DNA of 41,270 bases from positions 1-41,270 of the IMG/VR virus record IMGVR_UViG_3300035662_000055. The stretch is one strand, 5' to 3'. The translations under genes were made by a program, and so were the position numbers. The notes beneath the pieces were generated by a model. The model made no database searches. It saw only the letters and a list, made by a program, of their open reading frames with translations, and had not been told where the DNA came from. Positions 9,780 to 17,877 of the stretch are shown here, piece after piece. Origin of the DNA: a virus. Lineage: Duplodnaviria; Caudoviricetes. Numbering within the stretch: position 1 is the stretch's first letter; the number at the start of each line of letters is the position of its first letter.

Positions 9780-9876
9780 CTTCCTCGGTACGACTTGGTT
9801 CATCGCTCTCGTGGCCGTGGCTGGCATCCTCGCCGGCGCGTGGCTCCACAAGAAGTATGGGCACAAGCTCCGCTGA
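9766..9876 (+). CDS. 36-aa single-pass membrane peptide (holin-like candidate), not in ORF track
   Basis: Translates as MILADFLGTTWFIALVAVAGILAGAWLHKKYGHKLR: hydrophobic core with basic tail; last gene of the rightward operon. Confidence 0.65.
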   Translation: MILADFLGTTWFIALVAVAGILAGAWLHKKYGHKLR

Positions 9877-9950
9877 CCAGCCCAGCGGCGTTCGCGCCAA
9901 TGGCACTGCGAGCGGGCGTGGCCTACGGGCTGCGCCCGCTGTGCCAAATG

Positions 9951-9993
9951 AAAACCCCCGCCCGGATCTCCGTCGTGAGGAGCCGAGCGGGGG
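9951..9993 (-). terminator. Rho-independent terminator of the leftward operon
   Basis: On the minus strand, CCCCCGCTCGG...CCGGGCGGGGG followed by TTTT, just downstream of the stop at 10011. Confidence 0.7.
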
Positions 9994-10010
9994 GAGGAGA
10001 GGATGGCGAT

Positions 10011-10517
10011 TTAGCGGATTCGCAGGCTCGTGCCCCGTGGCAGGAGCGTCACACCGGGGATCGTAGCACCCGCTGCCAGCGCCTCGCGTAGCGCGGCCTT
10101 GTCGGCCTCGACGCGCACGGCCTGGTACTGCGGCGGGAGCTGCTCGGGCGGCACGGTGACCTCAAGCGGCTGCGCTCCGCCGTTGGCCTGCACCGACAGG
10201 CGGAACCGGGCCGTCTCGATCTTGCCCTTCCCGGTGGCCTCCATCGCGTCCTTCAGGCGCTGCTTGAGGCGGTCGGCGAGCGCCTCGTCGGCGGCGGCCA
10301 GTTCGCGCATGCGCTTGGCCTCCTCGGCGCGGCTGTCAGCGCGGCTGCGGAGCGACTGGATCAGGGCCGCGTAGTCATCGGCCTTGGCCTCGAGCTCCTC
10401 GTCGAGGCCGGCGAGCATTTCGTCGAGTGCGGTCTGTGCCTCGGTGGTTTCGCCCGCCCCGTCGAGGATGGCCTCGACGAGGGTGGCGATTTCGGTCTGG
10501 ATGGCGTACAGGTTCAT
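10011..10517 (-). CDS. Siphovirus Gp157 / Gam-like protein
   Basis: MNLYAI start, KADDYAALI..AEEAKR coiled coil, KIETARFRLSV, DK.ALREAL..G..IPGV......SLRIR. Confidence 0.85.
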   Translation of the reverse strand: MNLYAIQTEIATLVEAILDGAGETTEAQTALDEMLAGLDEELEAKADDYAALIQSLRSRADSRAEEAKRMRELAAADEALADRLKQRLKDAMEATGKGKIETARFRLSVQANGGAQPLEVTVPPEQLPPQYQAVRVEADKAALREALAAGATIPGVTLLPRGTSLRIR

Positions 10518-10536
10518 GGTATGTCTCCTCGTATGG

Positions 10537-11505
10537 TCAGAAGGGCAGATCGTCGGCCGGCACGGTGGCTGGGACGGGTGCCGGTGCGGGAGCGGTGCGG
10601 ATCACGCGCATGATGGTGAGCGCACCCCCGACGCGGGCGATATCAAGCCGCAGCTCGCTGTCGATGGCCTGCTCGCACAGGTCGGCGTACTCGGCGACGG
10701 TAGTGGCGATCCAGGCGGTGCCGTGCTCGCCGGCGGCCTGCACGGCGATGGGCTTGCCGGGGCGGCGGACCACGCGCTGGATCAGGAACAGCCCCTCGTA
10801 CTCCTCGGGGTAGGAGTCAGCGGGCGCGGGAGCCACGGGAGCGGCCGCGGCCTCGGGGGCGGGCGCAGCGAGCGCCTGCCGCGTCGTGCGCTTGCGGACG
10901 GGCTTCGGGGCGTCCTCGGCGATGGGCGCGTCCTGGGGCATCGTGGTGGCTTCCACGACCTCCGGGGCGGGCAGGGCGGCGCGGCTGCGCGGAGCGTCCT
11001 CCATGATCTCCGTCTCGCCGTGTGCCTCGACATATACCGGGGCTGCGCCGAGGGCGTCGGGGCAGTGCTGCTTATAGCCGCTCGAGATGCAGCGGGCGAA
11101 CAGCATCGCCTTCGGCCACTTGCGCCAGTTGTCGCCGCCGAGCTGCGCCCGCCGTGCGTCCTCGAGCGTGAACTCGGTGGTGCCGATCTCCTCCCACTTG
11201 CCCTCCATCGTGCGCCCGAAGAACACGATGCTGCACTCGGTGTCGGAGCACGTGGCGCGGTAGTCGTACTTCCCGGCCCGCTTGATCGACGCTGCCATCA
11301 GGTTGGCGGCCAGGACCGCCTTGCCCTTGATGATGTGCAGCCCAGTCATGGCGTCGTAGTCGGACAGACCAAGCCCGCGACCGATGATGATCTTGGCGCA
11401 CGCCGCCGCCTCGGACTGGATATCGGGAAACATTCCCGATGCCTTGAACACCTGTGCCACCGTCATGGGGTCAAGCTGCGCCTGACCAATTCGTGCAAGT
11501 TCCAT
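10537..11505 (-). CDS. Phage single-strand annealing recombinase (RecT-like)
   Basis: G..LGL....M.GLHIIKGK, W.KWPK.ML.ARCIS motifs; acidic DDLPF tail; adjacent to the Gp157-like gene; GAGGAG SD. Confidence 0.7.
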   Translation of the reverse strand: MELARIGQAQLDPMTVAQVFKASGMFPDIQSEAAACAKIIIGRGLGLSDYDAMTGLHIIKGKAVLAANLMAASIKRAGKYDYRATCSDTECSIVFFGRTMEGKWEEIGTTEFTLEDARRAQLGGDNWRKWPKAMLFARCISSGYKQHCPDALGAAPVYVEAHGETEIMEDAPRSRAALPAPEVVEATTMPQDAPIAEDAPKPVRKRTTRQALAAPAPEAAAAPVAPAPADSYPEEYEGLFLIQRVVRRPGKPIAVQAAGEHGTAWIATTVAEYADLCEQAIDSELRLDIARVGGALTIMRVIRTAPAPAPVPATVPADDLPF

Positions 11506-11560
11506 ATGAGTCTCCTCTCGTATGCGTCGCCTCGGGCACGCGCCCGATCACGACACGCAC

Positions 11561-11589
11561 ACTATACGGGAGGGTAGAGGCCGTGTCAA
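11561..11589 (-). promoter_or_regulatory. Sigma70-type promoter TTGACA-N17-TATAGT with overlapping TCTAC-N6-GTATA inverted repeat
   Basis: Near-consensus hexamers and spacing on the minus strand, upstream of the recombinase. Confidence 0.8.
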
Positions 11590-12494
11590 GATGCCAAATC
11601 GTCAAGATCCGGCAGCGTCTCCGCGCCGGCAAACTCTGCGCCGTGCGCCTCGAACCACGCCAGCCTGATGAATCGCTTCCACGCAGCCGAGGAATCGACC
11701 AGACCCTTGATCCGTGCCACGGCCCCGATGACCCGATGGCAACCAGCGCACAGTGCCACCATGTGCTTGTTATCGGGATCGTTCACCTTGCCGATCACGT
11801 GATGCACGTGCAAAATCGGCGGATCGTTTCGGGAACACACCTGGCATATCCGCTCCCGAGCGCCAGCAGCCTCGAGGCGACGGCCTCCGAAATACTGCAG
11901 ATCCTTCAAATGGTTGGCATTGCACTTCCGCGTGCAGTACGTCTGCTTGCCATTGGCCGGAATGAACTTCGCGCCGCAGCCAGGACATTCCCTGCGCTCA
12001 ATATCACCGTGATGATCCGCCAGGTACGCGGCAAACCTCTCCGGGAAATAATTCTGCATGGCGGTTACTAGCGAATCGACACGCAGCCCATGCTTGCGCG
12101 AATACGGCGTGATCTTGGTTGCGGGGTTGGCGACGAGGAACGCTAGGTGCTTCTTCATGCTGGCCTTGTCGTACCCGGTTCCCTTCTTCACGTTCTTGAT
12201 GCGTGCGCGCCGGTAGTTCTTCAGTCCGATCTCGTTCAGCTTGCAGGCCACGGCCGCATACGTCCGATTGAGTCTCGCGGCCATCTCGTTGATGGCAACG
12301 CTGGAATCCACCATCCGGCGCAGTTCATCGATCTCCTCATCGGTCCACTGGGTGATGCCCGTCATCGGCACGCCGTGCTTTCGCAGGCGTTCGTGGACCG
12401 CTTGGCCGGGAATGCCGAGCATCTTGCCGACCTTCCATACCGACCCGAGCTGCCGATACGCCTGGACGATCTGCTCTATTTCGACCCGCGCCAT
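11586..12494 (-). CDS. HNH endonuclease with N-terminal HTH-like segments and zinc ribbon
   Basis: CPGC..YCTRKC; CQVC..LHVHH..N...LCAGCH; WTDEEIDEL..MA..LNRT..AV..K. Confidence 0.8.
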   Translation of the reverse strand: MARVEIEQIVQAYRQLGSVWKVGKMLGIPGQAVHERLRKHGVPMTGITQWTDEEIDELRRMVDSSVAINEMAARLNRTYAAVACKLNEIGLKNYRRARIKNVKKGTGYDKASMKKHLAFLVANPATKITPYSRKHGLRVDSLVTAMQNYFPERFAAYLADHHGDIERRECPGCGAKFIPANGKQTYCTRKCNANHLKDLQYFGGRRLEAAGARERICQVCSRNDPPILHVHHVIGKVNDPDNKHMVALCAGCHRVIGAVARIKGLVDSSAAWKRFIRLAWFEAHGAEFAGAETLPDLDDLAS

Positions 12495-12495
12495 G

Positions 12496-12681
12496 TCACT
12501 CTCGCCTCCTGTGGTTCGTCTCCCGCAGGATGAACGAGTTCACTTGTTTCATTGCCTTCGCCAGTTCAAGACGCAGGTACACGACCTCCTGCATCAGTTC
12601 GATAGTGAGTGGATCATCGGTCCCGCTCACGCGGACGCGGTCCACTACGTCCTCCTCGTGCTCTCCTCTCCCCGGTTGCAT
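12496..12681 (-). CDS. Small hypothetical protein
   Basis: Probable start MQPGRGE at 12681; tightly packed leftward operon. Confidence 0.6.
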   Translation of the reverse strand: MQPGRGEHEEDVVDRVRVSGTDDPLTIELMQEVVYLRLELAKAMKQVNSFILRETNHRRRE

Positions 12682-12682
12682 C

Positions 12683-12883
12683 TCATCCCTCGCCTTCGTA
12701 CAGGATGCGGCTGATGCGATGTGGCAACACGGCCCGCAGTTTGCGTACCTCATCGCGCAGGGAGCGGATCTCGCGTGCGGCCTCGCGGCGCTCGTCGTTC
12801 GCCATCTCGCCCATCCCAGGCCACAGCAGGTCGAGGCGCTCGAGGATGTCGCGGTGCTTGTGCTCGTCGCCGGGGTCGTTCAC
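12683..12883 (-). CDS. Small hypothetical protein (DI..RL..EAA.EI..LR type)
   Basis: GTG start with AAGGAGG SD, GTGA overlap. Confidence 0.7.
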   Translation of the reverse strand: MNDPGDEHKHRDILERLDLLWPGMGEMANDERREAAREIRSLRDEVRKLRAVLPHRISRILYEGEG

Positions 12884-13136
12884 TTGCCGTCCTCCTTATC
12901 CCAGAACTTGGCTTGGCCGCCGATGCTCATTTGCAGGTTGGAAATCTTGCTAGCCCATCTCGTCATCTGACGGCCACCAGCACCGGGCCTGCACGGCGCG
13001 GCGAACCTCGCTGCCGCAAGTACGTGCTCATGCGCCAGCTTCAGGTAGGTCGCCGCGTTGTCTAACTCCCGGCCGCATTCCTTGAGAATCGCGTCCTGTT
13101 CGATTTGATCGCAGTATTTCACTTGCCGTCCTCCTT
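12879..13136. repeat. 19-bp direct repeat TTCACTTGCCGTCCTCCTT at 12879-12897 and 13118-13136
   Basis: Exact match. On the minus strand it reads AAGGAGGACGGCAAGTGAA, i.e. SD plus overlapping stop/start. Confidence 0.9.
12880..13122 (-). CDS. Small hypothetical protein flanked by 19-bp direct repeats
   Basis: GTG at 13122 (VKYCDQIEQ...) with AAGGAGG SD; ends DKEDGK. Confidence 0.6.
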   Translation of the reverse strand: MKYCDQIEQDAILKECGRELDNAATYLKLAHEHVLAAARFAAPCRPGAGGRQMTRWASKISNLQMSIGGQAKFWDKEDGK

Positions 13137-13268
13137 GTCGGCCTGCGCTAGCCGTTGTGCGAGTTCGTCCTGCTGTCGCTGGTTCATCGCCTTGATTGCC
13201 GCAAGTACCAGCATGACCATCGGGTCGGCGTCCTCCGGCGGCGGCTCCTCGAGCAGGAACCGAGTCAT
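13119..13268 (-). CDS. 49-aa hypothetical protein, not in ORF track
   Basis: MTRFLLEEPPPEDADPMVMLVLAAIKAMNQRQQDELAQRLAQADKEDGK; ATGA and GTGA overlaps at both ends. Confidence 0.6.
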   Translation of the reverse strand: MTRFLLEEPPPEDADPMVMLVLAAIKAMNQRQQDELAQRLAQADKEDGK

Positions 13269-13621
13269 GAATGAGGCCCCACATTCACTTGGACCTTGAT
13301 TGGCAACTCCGCGACCATCGCAGATACTCGTTCCTTGACCAGCCGTTCAACCTCGTCAGCTACGAGTTTGTCCATGCGTCCATGGACGGACTTCACAGCA
13401 ATATCCATCATGCGCTCTATGGATGGCTTGATCTTGTCCCTGTAGTTCTCCTGCTCAACAAGGAACTCCACTTGCTCTCGCAGTGCCTGTTCCATCAACC
13501 GCTTATACACCGCGATGTCAAGCCGAACGCGGTGCCGGTTGCTCGTCCGCTCATTCGCGGTCGTGTCCTCAAGCACCGCAACGTCCTGATCTTTGATTTC
13601 AAACGTGATTCCGTCAGTCAT
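13265..13621 (-). CDS. Hypothetical protein
   Basis: 118 aa, ATGA overlap, GAGGAGG SD, visibly lower GC than flanks. Confidence 0.7.
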   Translation of the reverse strand: MTDGITFEIKDQDVAVLEDTTANERTSNRHRVRLDIAVYKRLMEQALREQVEFLVEQENYRDKIKPSIERMMDIAVKSVHGRMDKLVADEVERLVKERVSAMVAELPIKVQVNVGPHS

Positions 13622-13887
13622 GATTTGCCCTCCTCAACCAAGTAACTCCAGCCGAACGCCTTGGCAACCTCCGCAGCTGCCTCATCAAGCGGCAAATCGT
13701 CATGCGCCGGATTGGGGCAGAAGTCTGTAAAGCCCAAACAGTAATCCCAACGCGCCTCGTCGCGCTCGGCGGTGAGGGCTAGCACAACCTGCTCAAGCCG
13801 CACAATCTCATCGGCGGCCTCGTCCATCAGGCACGGCGCAAGGCAGTCGCGGTTCGTCCGCAGGCGGTTCACGATGTCCCGGGTCAT
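13618..13887 (-). CDS. Hypothetical protein (DIV.RL..EAADEI.RL type)
   Basis: AAGGAG SD, ATGA overlap. Confidence 0.75.
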   Translation of the reverse strand: MTRDIVNRLRTNRDCLAPCLMDEAADEIVRLEQVVLALTAERDEARWDYCLGFTDFCPNPAHDDLPLDEAAAEVAKAFGWSYLVEEGKS

Positions 13888-14141
13888 AGCAGCTCCTTCA
13901 AGATGGCGGGCAGGGGCCGAGGAACGCCCCCGGCCCCCGCCTTCTCCAATACACGGCTCGTTCGTTCCTCGGCGGCCTCGCGCTGGAGCTGCTCGATGCA
14001 GTCAGCGACGCCGTCAAAGAACCGCGCCTCGGCGCGACAGTGTTCGGCAAACTCGTGGTGCCTCGTGGGCGTGCGCTCGGCAGCAGCGGCACGCTCGTCG
14101 GCACGCCGGCGGAGGAGGTAGGTGGCGTAGTCAGCGTTCAT
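13884..14141 (-). CDS. Hypothetical protein
   Basis: GAGGA SD, operon packing. Confidence 0.7.
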   Translation of the reverse strand: MNADYATYLLRRRADERAAAAERTPTRHHEFAEHCRAEARFFDGVADCIEQLQREAAEERTSRVLEKAGAGGVPRPLPAILKELL

Positions 14142-15243
14142 GGTGTTCCTCTACAGCGGGAATTTCTCGTCCGATGTATTCATGCGAATAACACAACCGA
14201 TTTGCGTGTTTCATTTTATGTCCATCTTCTTTGGTGCATCTGCTGATGTTGTAATCAGTCCGAGCGCGATTGTTTTTGCTTGTTGGTTTCCACAGCGGCG
14301 AACGATTTCTGTATTCGCCCATGCGCGGATGTGCGGTTTTTGAGAAGTATCGACAGCTCTGACGCACAAACAATTCAGCCGTGGCATCAGAGATTCGCAC
14401 TCCTAAACCCAAACCTTGGTAGTCGGGAAGCACCACCGTCCTATGTTCACGCCAAGCGTTTTTCAAATTCCCGTTAGGAAACGAAAGGGCAGAAGAGAAT
14501 CCAACTGGGGTTCCGTCCCAAGAAACAATCCAGCATCGTGCGCTTTTATTGATGTTTCCGTCGAGATAGTGATGGTTGCGGAACATTGCCCACGCTTCGG
14601 TCGAGCAAGGAAGCATTTCCAAGACAATCTCGGGTCGCCTTTCAAACCCCCTTGCGGTCAAACTACCGCTGCTAGTGTCGAACACCCAATCTGGACGCAG
14701 CCATTCAATGATGTCGTAATGACATGAAGCAAATACCAAACCCTTAATGTTGTTCTGATCAACATAACGGCGAGTGGAATGAGCACACGACTTGGCAACG
14801 GTTCTGTCTACTACGGACGTGAACTCATCAATTACAGCACCGCCATGTAGTTGTCGAGCCAAATCAGCACGAAACTTCTCTCCAGTGGAGAGGACGTGAT
14901 ATGGACGCATCCATGCGGGAATGGAGTTAAAGCCAACTGCAGACAAACGCTCACGAGCATCCACCGCATCTTTGAAATGAGAACAGACTGCAAGCGCTGG
15001 ATTCCACTCAATCTTCTGCTCTTCACCAAATTTACGGAGAATGGTTGACTTTCCTGTTCCCGATGGACCAACAATCAAGCCAATTCCGTAGTCCGCTGGC
15101 AAAGATGGAAGTTGAGGTGGAGTGAAAATACTTGTTCCATCGAATGCGTAGTCAAACATGGAAGATAGCTCCCGGACCGTTTGATCTACCTGCACGCATA
15201 CGGTGGCCGCTTCAATGCCGCTGCATACTGACAGGTATCTCAT
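14131..15243 (-). CDS. ABC-type ATPase fused to GNAT/Mom-like acetyltransferase, with C5-methyltransferase-like first 15 residues
   Basis: True start probably the ATG at 15243 (ATGA overlap). Walker A GPSGTGKST, signature LSTGEKFR, Walker B VIDEF, FRNHHYL, RTVVLPDYQGLGLG acetyl-CoA motif. Confidence 0.8.
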   Translation of the reverse strand: MRYLSVCSGIEAATVCVQVDQTVRELSSMFDYAFDGTSIFTPPQLPSLPADYGIGLIVGPSGTGKSTILRKFGEEQKIEWNPALAVCSHFKDAVDARERLSAVGFNSIPAWMRPYHVLSTGEKFRADLARQLHGGAVIDEFTSVVDRTVAKSCAHSTRRYVDQNNIKGLVFASCHYDIIEWLRPDWVFDTSSGSLTARGFERRPEIVLEMLPCSTEAWAMFRNHHYLDGNINKSARCWIVSWDGTPVGFSSALSFPNGNLKNAWREHRTVVLPDYQGLGLGVRISDATAELFVRQSCRYFSKTAHPRMGEYRNRSPLWKPTSKNNRARTDYNISRCTKEDGHKMKHANRLCYSHEYIGREIPAVEEHHER

Positions 15244-15572
15244 GGCGTCGCCCCCGGCCCGATGGCGCGGATGTCCTCGCCGATCTCGGTCTGAAGTACG
15301 CGCATCACCTCGAGCATCGGGAATCCTTCCGGCACCGAGTCGGCGGTTAGGAGCTGCTTCCCATCCACGTGCAGCGCGACCACGTTCCAGGAAAGCAGCG
15401 TCCAGATCGTCCGCACGCGGCTGCCGTGGTAGTGGAAGTCCTCGCGCTGCTCGGCCATCCAGCGTGCGTCGATGGACGCCTCGACCTCGTGGCGGTCGCA
15501 GTAGTCGGCGACCTCGGGCGCGTGCGGAAACAGCCCTGCGTGCAGGGTCATCTTGATTTCGACGGTTCTCAT
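15240..15572 (-). CDS. Hypothetical protein
   Basis: ATG at 15572 (MRTVEIK) with GGAGG SD and ATGA overlap. Confidence 0.65.
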   Translation of the reverse strand: MRTVEIKMTLHAGLFPHAPEVADYCDRHEVEASIDARWMAEQREDFHYHGSRVRTIWTLLSWNVVALHVDGKQLLTADSVPEGFPMLEVMRVLQTEIGEDIRAIGPGATP

Positions 15573-15874
15573 CGGAGCCTCCACACGCGAATGAGGCGAC
15601 CGTGCGACGATGGCCGGCGCGACGGCACGACCTGCCCGGTCCACACGAACTTCTCGTCGAAGATGCTGCCACGAGCGTTTCCGAGGTCGTTGTAGTCAAG
15701 GCCATTGTGGGCCATGAGGTTTGCGACCTCGTCGCTCGTCACGGTATCGCCGTCGCGTGCGATGAATGCAGCGAACCCGCGGGCGGCGGCGAGCAGTTCG
15801 CTGCGGCGGTCGGCCGCGAGCGCCTTGCCGATCACCTTGCGGCGGTCGGCCTCGATGGGGTCGAAGAGCGTCAT
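15569..15874 (-). CDS. Hypothetical protein (possible winged-helix)
   Basis: ATG at 15874 (MTLFDPIEA) with GGAGG SD; VTSDEV..GNARGSIF..S.RPSSHGR.IRVW. Confidence 0.65.
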   Translation of the reverse strand: MTLFDPIEADRRKVIGKALAADRRSELLAAARGFAAFIARDGDTVTSDEVANLMAHNGLDYNDLGNARGSIFDEKFVWTGQVVPSRRPSSHGRLIRVWRLR

Positions 15875-16119
15875 GCGGCCCTCCGTCCTGATAGAGCGCG
15901 TACGTTCAGGACGCCTGGGTCGCGCAGCGTGTACCCCGTGTGCGGCACGTGCTCGATGCGGACCTTGAACATGGCTCGGGCGCTGCCGAGCAAATGATTC
16001 ACGGCGCGAGGCGTCACATCCCACCTCGACGCAAGTTCCTTGCGAGTGATGGGTCTCCGGTCGAGTGCCGCGACCAGCCACAGGATGCGGCGCACGTATT
16101 GCGTTTGGTCGAGCCTCAC
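15871..16119 (-). CDS. Winged HTH DNA-binding protein (HTH_11-like)
   Basis: GTG at 16119 with GGAGG SD; ITRKELASRWDVTPRAVNHLL..I.....GYTL. Confidence 0.7.
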   Translation of the reverse strand: MRLDQTQYVRRILWLVAALDRRPITRKELASRWDVTPRAVNHLLGSARAMFKVRIEHVPHTGYTLRDPGVLNVRALSGRRAA

Positions 16120-16364
16120 AGGGTCACCTCCGTCTCGGCGTGGACGGACAGGAATCGGCGCTCGGCGATGTCCATCTCGATGACGGCGGCGTCGAACTCG
16201 TGCTCGGCGTCGAACGGGATCTCGCCGAGGCGCTGGTGCGCCTGCACGACTTCCATGCTGTAGGTGTCGCCGAGCTCCATCGCGCACGCGAGCAGCACGT
16301 CGTTGTGCCGCTTGCGAAGGTCTGGGCGTTCGATCAGGTTGGTGACGGTGTCTCGAATCTTCAT
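16116..16364 (-). CDS. Hypothetical protein, first gene of leftward early operon
   Basis: ATG at 16364 (MKIRDTV) with GAGGAG SD, downstream of the promoter at 16420-16448. Confidence 0.7.
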   Translation of the reverse strand: MKIRDTVTNLIERPDLRKRHNDVLLACAMELGDTYSMEVVQAHQRLGEIPFDAEHEFDAAVIEMDIAERRFLSVHAETEVTL

Positions 16365-16419
16365 CGGTCTCTCCTCGATGACGTGCGGTCCACGGCAACG
16401 TGCCGTAACCCGCTCGCGT

Positions 16420-16448
16420 GTTGTACTGATGCGTATATCGGCGGTCAA
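16420..16448 (-). promoter_or_regulatory. Sigma70-type promoter TTGACC-N17-TACAAC with TATAC-N6-GTACA inverted repeat
   Basis: Minus-strand hexamers with 17-nt spacer and an AT-rich upstream tract (16463-16488); divergent gene arrangement. Confidence 0.7.
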
Positions 16449-16525
16449 GAGGGAACCCGTGAGAAAATCCAACAATTTTTTCTTACAACGGGAAATAGGC
16501 GGATCGGTTGCTATGGTGCGGCTGG

Positions 16526-17428
16526 ATGGGCGCGACGATCACGCAGCATCAGCCCGGATCGTTCACGGTCGAAATGGACTTCGACGGAGCCGTGCCATCC
16601 GCCAATTGGTCGCAGGAATACCTGCTGATCTCCGACGCTCACATCGATAACGCCCACGCGGATCGGCAGATGTTTGAGCGCCACATGCGCCAGTGCCGCG
16701 AGCGCGGGGCCAAGTGGCTCTCGAACGGGGATTTTCTCTGTCTAATGCAGGGTTCCTGGGATTTTCGCAAGGACACCTCGGCATGCCGGCCAGAGCACCG
16801 CGAAGGGCGCTACCTCGATGCGGTCATCAACACGACCGCCGACTACGTCGCGCCGCACGCCGACATGGCGTTGCTGTTCGCCCCTGGCAACCACGAGACT
16901 TCGGTCAAGAAGCGCCACGACACGGACATGAACGAGCGCCTGGTCGAGGCGCTCAAGGCCCGGAACAAGGACTGCCGTGCATATGCAGGCAGTTATGCAA
17001 ACTGGGTGCGGTTCCTCGTCAGGGGCAAGGAACGCCGGCAAATCTTCGGGAACAGCGTCGTGATGTACATGCACCACGGCTACGGCGGCGGCGGCCCCGT
17101 CACCCGTGGCACGATCCAGACCTCACGCATGGCGGTCTATCTGCCGGACGCCGACGTGATCTGGACGGGCCACACCCACGACGAGTGGATCATGCCGATC
17201 CAACGGGCGCGACTGACCCTGCAAGGGCGACCCTACCTCGACCGCGTGCTGCACGTCCGAAGCCCTGGGTACAAGGACGAGTTCAGCGAGCAGAACGGGT
17301 GGGCCGTTGAGAAGGGCATGCCACCGAAGCCGAAGGGTGCGCTGTGGCTGCGGTTCTGGATGGACAACCTTCGCAAGAACGGGGTCGCTAGCCGTACGCT
17401 GCGCTGCGAGGTCCGTGAAGCGCAGTAA
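16526..17428 (+). CDS. Calcineurin-like metallophosphoesterase
   Basis: Motifs SDAH, NGDF, PGNHE, HHG, GHTH. The ATG at 16526 lies 8 nt after an extended -10 (TGcTATGGT), consistent with a leaderless start. Confidence 0.85.
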   Translation: MGATITQHQPGSFTVEMDFDGAVPSANWSQEYLLISDAHIDNAHADRQMFERHMRQCRERGAKWLSNGDFLCLMQGSWDFRKDTSACRPEHREGRYLDAVINTTADYVAPHADMALLFAPGNHETSVKKRHDTDMNERLVEALKARNKDCRAYAGSYANWVRFLVRGKERRQIFGNSVVMYMHHGYGGGGPVTRGTIQTSRMAVYLPDADVIWTGHTHDEWIMPIQRARLTLQGRPYLDRVLHVRSPGYKDEFSEQNGWAVEKGMPPKPKGALWLRFWMDNLRKNGVASRTLRCEVREAQ

Positions 17429-17463
17429 CTGACCGTTTCAGAAGGACAGATTCAGGAGCATCC

Positions 17464-17730
17464 ATGCCAACGCCAGCCAAGGGCAAGCGATTCGTGAAGG
17501 TGGTACGGAACCCGGAGACGGGCCGCACTCGCAAGGTTTCCTACGGTCAGGCCGGGAAGGCCAAGAGCGGCGGCGACCGCATCAAGCCAGGGACCGCGAA
17601 GGGCGACGCATACTGTGCTCGCAGCTTCGCGCAGATGAAGTCGCACCCTGCGGCGGCACGCAACCCGAACAGCCCGCTTCGGCTCTCGCGTGCGAAGTGG
17701 AAGTGCAGCGGCAAGACCTCGAGAGGATAA
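17464..17730 (+). CDS. Small basic phage protein (YG..G..PGT.KG.AYCARS..NSP..W.C family)
   Basis: AGGAG SD; motif pattern familiar from aquatic phage genomes. Confidence 0.75.
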   Translation: MPTPAKGKRFVKVVRNPETGRTRKVSYGQAGKAKSGGDRIKPGTAKGDAYCARSFAQMKSHPAAARNPNSPLRLSRAKWKCSGKTSRG

Positions 17731-17735
17731 ACATC

Positions 17736-17870
17736 ATGGCAAAGAAGACAGCAAAGCGCGGCCTGTACGCAAACATCAACGCACGACGTGCGGCTGGCAC
17801 CAGTCGCCCGAAGTCGAAGTCAACCGTGAGCCCTTCGGCATACAAGGCGATGAAGCGCGGATTCAAGTGA
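17736..17870 (+). CDS. 44-aa basic protein, not in ORF track
   Basis: MAKKTAKRGLYANINARRAAGTSRPKSKSTVSPSAYKAMKRGFK; GAGGA SD. Confidence 0.7.
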   Translation: MAKKTAKRGLYANINARRAAGTSRPKSKSTVSPSAYKAMKRGFK

Positions 17871-17877
17871 GGCACCT

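Noticed and set aside
11586-12494. HNH gene as part of a self-splicing intron or intein
   Set aside because: It is a free-standing ORF between intact genes, with no interrupted host gene or splice motifs seen.
15244-15705. 154-aa N-terminal extension of the 524-aa track ORF
   Set aside because: It overlaps two better-supported genes with SDs and ATGA couplings; the real start is most likely 15243.
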